A stretch of DNA of 64,000 nucleotides from Corallochytrium limacisporum Hawaii (taxonomy: Eukaryota > Protista > Pluriformea), in assembly GCA_002811645.1 (NCBI GenBank), contig PDIP01000077.1, positions 97,086-161,085 on the forward strand, read 5' to 3'. Position numbers and translations under genes: made by a program. Each line of letters starts with the position of its first letter. Positions within the stretch are counted from its first letter, which is position 1. Shown here one piece after another: positions 55,401 to 64,000 of this stretch. The notes below the pieces were generated by a model. That model was not told where the DNA came from. It worked only from the letters and a program-made list of their open reading frames with translations, and ran no database searches.

Positions 55401-56095
55401 CCGGAGCTTTCCTCAGCCGATTCGTAATGATCTGGAAACTCGTACGCATCACACAAGCACACACACAGACAGGCCATGGACAAACCCTCATGTCAGCAAG
55501 CGCAACGAGATCTTCACTTTTCGTGTTCAATATTCCTATACGGCAGGCTACACAATCGTTCCTGGAGGCGCACTACATAATTCTCGCCGTAAACATAGAA
55601 GCAGGCGCATAGCGCACAGAACGCCCACTGTAGGAAAGTTTCGTAATGACCGTTCGTGAATATCAAACCTCGACAGTGGAACACCACTTGCAGACCATCA
55701 AAAAGACCGCAGTATTTCTTTCTTGGTTCGTATAGTAAGCGCATTAGAATTCCTAGACCGTGCCAGCACGGAAGACTCTGGGCTTTACTGGCCGTGAGCT
55801 TACTCACCATATTGAGAACTGCAAGAGTATACCCCAAACACTCGCGGACATCCATAGTATTCGCACGACCGTCAAGAACAAGCTGGAAGGCACATTCACT
55901 GATAGCAGGACGAAGATGATTCCTCTAAAGTCGTGCAACTGACGCATCGACGGCGGTAACTATACAGACATTCTGACGGGAATACTTTAGCAGTCCACGA
56001 AGTATTGTTTGTAGGGTTGCCAATGGTTTAACATGCTAGTATATATCGCGGTTGACCCTGTTGTTGTTTCTAAATGATGTCCCTAGTTCGCAGTT
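52445..56095 (+). repeat. Dispersed 20-bp exact direct repeat gatgtccctagttcgcagtt (52445-52464 and 56076-56095)
   Basis: Both copies read directly from the sequence. Confidence 0.8.
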
Positions 56096-59000
56096 TCGTC
56101 GTCGCAAGACAATATGTTCCCAACCTAAATGGATCTTGAAGACCCGTCATTACGATTGTGATCGGATCGAGGTTTGAGAGTGTCATAGGTCTGTCATGGA
56201 TACGATAGACTCAAATGAGCGTGGGTGGTAGTGTGTGTACCGTGCGGTGGCTGCTAGCAGGTGGGAAACGTACCAGAAGTGCAAGAGCCGCACTGCACAC
56301 CGTCAAACGAATTTTTCCTGCGTGATCCACGAACGATATGCCAAATCGGCTTTCATCCATACAAATCCAATAGCCCACCTCCGAGTTTGTTGGCGAATAA
56401 ATTGCTAAATTCTGGAATTAAGCCTTGGAAATGAACGCGGTCAAACCACGTCAGGTATGGGTGATCTTAGAAAGACTTCGACTGGTTATCTCTGTCCAAG
56501 TACAAGAAATGTTGTAGAAACACTACCCCCAGACACTATCCCCAACCGGTCATAAATGTTAGAAACAGAGAGCGTCCTGTGTCTTAGCAGTGTTACCGTA
56601 CGCACGCCGGGCCTTTTCGGCACATATAGGTGGGAATGTCTCGGCCGGGTACACGGTTTGGGCTATATTATACTCTCGTCAGTTCAGAAATTCCGCACCA
56701 TTGGTGGTTTCAAAACTTTATGCATAAGAAACCTCGACCAATTTTCATGGTTGTGGACCGGGCAGGCAAGACACGACTTGATGGATAGGTAGATGGATCT
56801 CATTGCTGCGATCAAGAGGACGGTCAGCGAAGCAAGTAAGCTGTATGTCATACACATTCCAGAATCGGATGGCGCCATTTCCCTCGCCTTTCGCGTGAGT
56901 ATCAACAGACTTAGGGATGTGATGAGGTAGAGGGGGTTGTCGATGTCGGGATGTGTTCCTGTTACCTCTATTCATATCACACGCAAACTGGCAAAACCTG
57001 CCAATGCCTGTACCTAAGTCAATAATGCGACAGTGTACAACCTGAGTTTCGGTGCAACAGTGGGTGATCTCATGGTTACTACAAACGTAAAATGCCCCGC
57101 CAGCATAAGCGGACTAACATGGGTTCGCACGGGTCCCGTGAATACGCTTTGCGCATGATAAAGTCTTGTCGTGCTCCCTGTATGCTGGATGACTTGCGTT
57201 GTGTGTGTGTGTGTACGTGTGGAAATTTATGGTCGCAGTCACCGTGAAACATCGCCCAGCAATTTGCTCGAAAACTGCACTGCCATCATGGCATGTCGAC
57301 CATTTGAAAGGCAACAGGGTCATTTGCTGATGGTTGTATGAGGGTCTCTGCGAAATATTTTCAGACATCATCGCAGTTACCCGCACCGTCCTTTGGCCCA
57401 GGTAGTCAAAATTCCAGACCAGCTGCCACCCAGAGTATCACAGCAACCAATAACAAGAGGTGGTAGTGGGTCATAGTAGCGCAGATACACACCCATAGAT
57501 ATAATATCACTTTTCTCCTGGACAATACTTTCGCGAGGGAAATCAGCGGGGGGTATGTCTCTAATTTATAATGCAGGCAGACCATTGTAGGGTCGCCATA
57601 CAGTAGCGAATGAAAACCCTTTAAACACAAATTCTAGCGCCCTGTTGTACAATGACCCAGTTTGGCTCTGTGTATTCACTATGCCAACTGGCACACTTGC
57701 CGTCCCCCCTGGCTCGTTGGGGATTCCGCTGGCCATCGACTGGCTCCCACACGTGTTGAGCTCTTGTTTTACAGCACACGTGTGTCGAACAGCTACATTT
57801 TACATACAAAGTACATTCATTGTGAGGTGGATGACTAATTGACCGGGTGGAGAAATATTACGGTGTATGACCTAACGTTGCAAAATGGTAACAATCACAC
57901 TATTTCGCTCGCTAAGGCAAGCACTGTGTGCTTGCTGAATTATCCCACTAGAAATCTTGTCCAAGGTGTCGAGGAGATGGCCCAGCCACACGAAATAACC
58001 GCAGATCTTGTCCGTATTAATTTGTGTAATTTGACCGGAAATACCACAGCAAAAATAAGAAAGTGATGAAATCCATACCAAATGAACTGTGTAAATTGCA
58101 GACCCCCCCTCCTGAGCCTCTCGTCCCAACCCCCCTGCGAGGTGCCTCGTTTGTGGTCTGTCCAAGGGCAGCCCAGCCACCGGGGCGTCCCGGGGAAAAT
58201 GGGACAGCGACGGGGGTAGGCTGCCAGGGAAAGACTCGCTCCACCGGAGGGGGTTTGAGCGCCCATGACGCAGAATTGACGCGGTGGCTATGGTGAAAGT
58301 AGGACCTGTCTCTTTTTTTTAATTGCACAGCGGGGGGGAGGGGGGGGGGCCAAGAAGGGGAGCGCTCTAAGTGAAGAAGAGAGAGAGAGAGAGAGATGAG
58401 AAAACAAAAAGAAAAAGCAAAAGGGAGAAAAACCAAATATAAAAAAAGGAAAGAGAAAAAAAAAACAAGGACGGATGGATGGTCGTGGGTTGCGGGGGGA
58501 GGGGGCCGTAGGAAGGGCAGAGGAATTGGGGGATTGCCGATTTGGCCTCTCTGTCTGCGTGTGTGTGTGTGTGTGTACGGACGAGTGGGATCCTCCTCCT
58601 CACACCCTCCCCTCCAATCCCTCAGACTTTTGTATTAACGGAAAAATTTGTCCTGCCTTTTTTTTTTCTTTTTCTTCTCTCCTAGGGATTTTAACAGACT
58701 CCCGGTGGTGCAGTCCTGTTTAGATACTGAATACAGGGCCACGTCGTCAATCGGACAACGTCGTTGAAAACAGCGGTGCAAGGGGAGTGTCATGAAAAAT
58801 GAACAAAAGCTATGCGATAATCAATCTCAAAGACTTTGGGTATGGTTGTTGTACTGCAAAGCTCGTTTCATCCCAAAAGTCCAAGCCCTCGGCTTTAAAC
58901 GTGATTTCTTGTTGTACCATCTCGTTCTACGATGTTTTATCGAAACGTCCCTCTCCCTTTTTCATTGCGTGCGGTGCACTGATCACTTGACCAATGTGTG

Positions 59001-60086
59001 TATATCTGCAACTGCGGTTTCAGGGCACGGGCTGGCCCGGCAGTGTGCGCGGTTCAAAATTACGGGCCGTGCTTACATTGAGATTGGGATAGTCCATACT
59101 GAAAAGCCCGGCTTTGCTTGTCAAAGACTGGGCTGGGCTGCCCAAAATAGATATCCGAGAGCAAGCGCGAGTGCAGGAAGGGCCTGCCCGCCTCTGTGTG
59201 TGTGTGTGTGCGTGTGTGCGCAACCGGCGGAGGTGTGTTGCACTTGGGAAGGTTACTTGACAGCACGATTTTCGGGCCTCATTTATCACCCACACATTTA
59301 CGTGCCACCCTCGCGCACATACGTTGCATCGATTGTGCCAGGGGGCACGAACCCATTTACAATCAAAAGAGGTCAAAAGAGTATGTGCTGGTACGTTGTT
59401 CGGGGATCGCTTCTTACTGCCTGAGCACAACAAACTAACAACGTTTTGTGTGGGTTGCAAGTTGGACAGCAGAACTCTTTAAGGTTATGTCTTGGGCGCT
59501 CCGAGAGGATGACAAATGAAGACAGGCACAGTGAGTTATACAAGAATATTTGAATGACCCACGTCGAATGAAACTTTGCTTGTCTTTTTCTGGACCTTGG
59601 CGATAGGTTAAGGTCTGAAATTCGCAATAGGTGCGTTTTCTATTGTCTCGCTGGTCTGGACGCCTAGCGCGTTCTTCGTCACGCACATGCAGACAATGTG
59701 CAGTGCGCAAGGAGCAGAATGTGTGTGTATGGGCGGGTACGAAACATCTACCGGACATCCAAAACGGCTAACAAAAGAAATAGTATGTAGCCCTGCAAAG
59801 ACGGGCTATGAATGAACCCGGTGCAGAGGCGGGTCGTGGGTTGCTATTCAATCAGCTTTATTGCGCTCGCGTATTCTCTAGCTGCCTACAGTGAACCCCC
59901 ACTTAGGCCCCGGTCAGGGGCAGTCGGAGCCCTCACTTGGTACAGATAGAGGAGTGTGTTGGCGTAAAGATATGTTTCGTCTTTGCGTGGGTTGTTGGAC
60001 GAAGGCTTGCAGATGGCATTGTGTATCTATGAAGTAAATCGGCTGACATTGCACCTCTCCGCGACCTATCACCACCCACTTGTGTC

Positions 60087-60122
60087 CTCTCTCTCTCTCA
60101 TTCATCTCATCTCATCTCTCTC

Positions 60123-60189
<67 letters not shown>

Positions 60190-60201
60190 TCTCTCTCTCT
60201 C
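60087..60201. repeat. (CT)n microsatellite
   Basis: Directly visible imperfect CT run of about 115 bp. Confidence 0.95.
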
Positions 60202-63200
60202 AGCTCCACCATCTCTGGGCGGCAGTCGCTCGATCGTCCATTAAGCTCGCGCCCATCTTCCATGGCGACGAAAGTGCGCAAAAGTGTTCTGAAAGGAATG
60301 GAAAGAAAGCGAAGCAGCTTCATTCTCCCCGTTTCGAATTGTTCGTTAGGGAGTTTGAAACCCCGTCCGGGTCTGGCCCAAGTTTCATCTTTGAGGTCCC
60401 CGGGCTCGTAGACTCACTACTACTACCCCGTACCATCCTCTGCATGGCAGCGAGGTCAAATAAAAAGAAAAGACCCGGGTCCGGCATGAAGAAAAACTCT
60501 TCAGAGAACCGTTCCAATATTTTTTCTTGCCTGCCTGCGGAACCAATGTTCTCTCAGAATCACGCTGAAAAACTTCCCAGGGCACTGTCTCCGGTATTTT
60601 TCCCATACTTTTCTATACGATCGTCTCGGATCTGTGCCACCTGGGCCAAACGGAGGCGTGGATCCCAAACGCCCTCGTTCATCTATCGCGCCTGGCACGG
60701 AATTAATTTCTTAGTATTCCAGAATCCACACAGCCGAAAGCTTGAGTGCTTCTTTCACTATACGGTTCAGTCACCGATCGGGTGATATAAGAAGTAAATG
60801 TCGACCTTGACTTTTTTTGTCTTTTTTTTCTTGCTTTCTATTTTCTTGTGACTTTTGATGTTGTTGACTTTTCGGCACCCGGTGGACCTTTCCAGACATA
60901 CTGCGTCCCTTCACGGTAACCCTGTCCATTGTACACGTTGACAGCTCGTTATTGCCGCAGACACAAGTTCAATTCATAATGTATTGCACGCCCCACCAAT
61001 GTCTAGAGTTGCTGATCGGGGATTCCATCGAAAATAGTCCAGCAATAGATACAGTGGTGAACCAACTGCGCAAATAATGAGAGACCAAAAAATTGTTAGG
61101 CGAGAATAGATCAATGCGCCAAAGGAAAAAAAAAGATATGGAAAAACGGGGAAAAAACTGTAACGATGGTACGCGGTATATAGCTGGTAGGTGAGGTGCT
61201 TTTTCTTTGGTGTTTTCCGTGTTTGAAGTTAGTGTGCTCTGTGTCCATGAAGAAAGGATGTGCCCCCGAACCTCGTCTTTGTGGTATAGTATGCTTAGAC
61301 CCACACACACAAAACTAGCCGCCCCCCTCCACAATTTTGCAACTCTGGTCTGTTACCACGCAATACGTCTCTGTCGGATGTTGTTCTGCCCCATGGGCAC
61401 ATGATAGAGCAATACATTTATTATGAAAAATTCACACCCCGGCAAGCCTTTCCGGCCCGCTGCACTAATACTACAAGTTCCACGGCGAAGGAAAAAAATA
61501 TCTTTCGTTTCTGTCCGCTTTCGGAAGGCTTCAGGTCCAAAACGGCAGTCAAGACGAAATATTTGAAAAAATCCTCTCTTTGGTACCCAGACTATACCCT
61601 ACGTTTTTTTCTTAACCAAAAAGTTTGTTTCAACCTTCCATTCCATTTCGATTCTAGATTGCGTTCCCGGCCGTTCCATTGCATTCCTCCTTGTTCACAA
61701 TACATCACAGTGTGCCCAAACCATCCCTAGGTCGAGGCCCACATAAGCTTGAGAGAAACGATATCAAATGCTTAAGACAAAATCTCCGAATTTTCTTGAA
61801 GTTTGGACTGTTCCTTTTAAATTGGAAGTATGCTAAACACTTTCTCCACTTTTGACTCCCCCTCTCTCCCTCTATACTCTCTCTCGCTCTCTATACTCTC
61901 TGTCTCCGGCAGTGCCAATCGTTGTCCGGTGGCCAATATTGCAACAACATGTGACAGTAGCAGTCTACGGTTTTCCGAGTAACTGCCGCGAGAGTGTGGG
62001 CGTTGGGTAGACCACACGACCCTACGGATAACGAAGGTTCGCAGTGTGGACTCTGCAAAGAAAACAACTGTCCGGGTAAAACGGATAACGAAGGGACGAG
62101 GTAAAGGAGGAAGCGGAAAGTGGGGAGGAGGAGGGAGGGGAGGGGGGAGTGTTGGGGGGCAAGGGTGATCGATGGCTGTTGGTTCTACCGTGTTTCATAC
62201 CTGACCGGACCTGAAATTGCACAAGACATTCAAACCCTCAGTGCCAAAGCGACACAACGTGTTATTGGGTCATACAGCCATCCTGTTGCCCCTGGTCTTA
62301 CCACCACTCGACGGTAATGATCTCACAGAAGACAGTCGTGTACGCACACTCTCTCTCTCATTGACTGGTTCTCACTCTCCTATGTCGCCATCCTCTGCTA
62401 GTATCTGTGTGTTTCATGCACAATCTTGTGGTGGGACACACCTCTCTTCTCATTAAAGACGCATTGTCTGCTACAGATCCGCAATCAACCACACGGCTAC
62501 GTCTAGATCGCTGCTCGGTATCGCAACACAGACAAATCTCACGATAAACTGATGGATACTGCAGGAAGACATAAACTACTAAGCATGTCCGGTATTCGTG
62601 GGGCTTGGACGTTAGAGTCAATTTTCCGGTCCGGGTGTAGTAGCGCCACTGAACCAATAGCTGTGAACATGCACGGAAGACCCGCCCCTGCCGTCATCAA
62701 TCGCCGTTCATTTATCATCGTAAGTTCATCATCATGCACGCGCATCCGTGTAGCACATCGTCCATAGACAGAGCTATTGCAGGCTGAATGCTGCAACATG
62801 CAGAACACGGAGTGTGCACGCAACTCTGAGGTAGGCGCTGCTGCTGTGTCAGCGTGTGGCTGTGTGACGATGGAATGATAAAATTGTCAAAATTCAGTTC
62901 ACATCGATGTTTATGTTTGCGTACCTGAAGAATTGCGATCTGTCACGGCTAGGTGCAGATAGACGGGGACGACCCCACATGCTGGTATTGGTGGAAGTGA
63001 AGAACGAGGTTGTGCAGTGGTTGGTGGTGGTGGTGGTGATGGTAATGGGCGCAATATACGTGTATTAGATGCTGCCTTACCCGGTTTTCAAGACATACAA
63101 ACAGTATCGAGGTTTTGGATGAGTAATTGAAAATTTTCCTAGCACCATATAATTTGTTCCTTGCTTTTCCTACAATCCCCTCTCATCTCCTTTCCAAATC

Positions 63201-64000
63201 TATGCGACTCTTGCGGAATGTCCGTTCAACGCCGATGCGCAGGTCCTTGCGTTAATCTTGAAACAGCCACTCACCGTGCAGCCATACTCAATATACCACA
63301 AGATGTGGGCCTCTGGTTCAGAAAAGCCACTCTTCAGCCCAACCCCTAAACACCCCCCCCTTCCCCTTTCGAGTTACATCGGTCCATCCATCCAAGGCTC
63401 TTTTTATAGTACTTTCACCATACCGCAGTGCAGGCGTGCCAAGATACCATGGAAGAATTGCGCTACGACCGGCCCTGTCGGCTCGTGGCAGTGACATGGC
63501 CAAGGTGTTGGCCCCTGTCCCCAAGACCTCCCTACATTTACTATTGACCGCTGAAATCCTGGCCTTAATGATCGGTGGGCGTTGATTGGTGGGGCCAACG
63601 GAGCGAATGGGTCGGGTGCCTGGTAGGGTCGCCCCATTCGCCGAGCGCCGCATTTCCTTTCTTTCTAATTGTTCTTTCAGTCTTTTCTGTTCCTGCGTTT
63701 TTCCTTCCGCCTTTCCTTTGTTTCCTTGGTCTGTTTCTCCTTTAGCAGCCCTTCAAAATTCTCGCTCATTCTTGACAGCTGGTTCATCAACAGTGTTGTT
63801 CTGTTGGGTGGTGGAAACAAATCTTATCCAGGCCTCACGGAGGGACACACTTTCTGTACTGCCAGTGGCCCAGTACTCACCCACCGCCCTGGAACTTGCA
63901 CAGCTCGGCTCTCCGTCTCTCTTTCAGCTCGACGCATTTCCTTTTTCTCACTCAGACCTTTCCTTTTGGTCACTTTCGTCTGTCTGCTGCATCTCTTTTT

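Noticed and set aside
55948-55965. Short resemblance to a conserved large-subunit rRNA segment (cggcggtaactata)
   Set aside because: Too short and no flanking rRNA similarity.

Overview
Eukaryotic genomic window with seven N-gaps. The first 38 kb holds 13 compact genes, each readable as one uninterrupted ORF: two tandem DUF985/Cupin_5 paralogs, an acyl-CoA oxidase, a yellow/MRJP-type beta-propeller, an integrin beta and an integrin alpha arranged head-to-head, an enoyl-CoA hydratase/isomerase, an M3A oligopeptidase, triosephosphate isomerase, an Sds3-like protein, SAICAR synthetase, an ACAP-type ArfGAP and a CTL/SLC44 transporter. The last 26 kb holds only one credible gene, an atypical HSF-domain transcription factor, flanked by more than 11 kb of non-coding DNA on each side. 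Integrins, a fungal-type standalone SAICAR synthetase and the absence of coding introns suggest a unicellular relative of animals; Corallochytrium-like is my inference, not verified. The standout system is the divergently transcribed integrin pair. Both subunits have much longer legs than animal integrins (about 7 Ig-like modules in alpha, about 12 EGF modules in beta) and the beta ligand-binding head is remodelled, while the cytoplasmic signalling motifs are animal-like. All family calls come from motif recognition by eye; no database searches were run.
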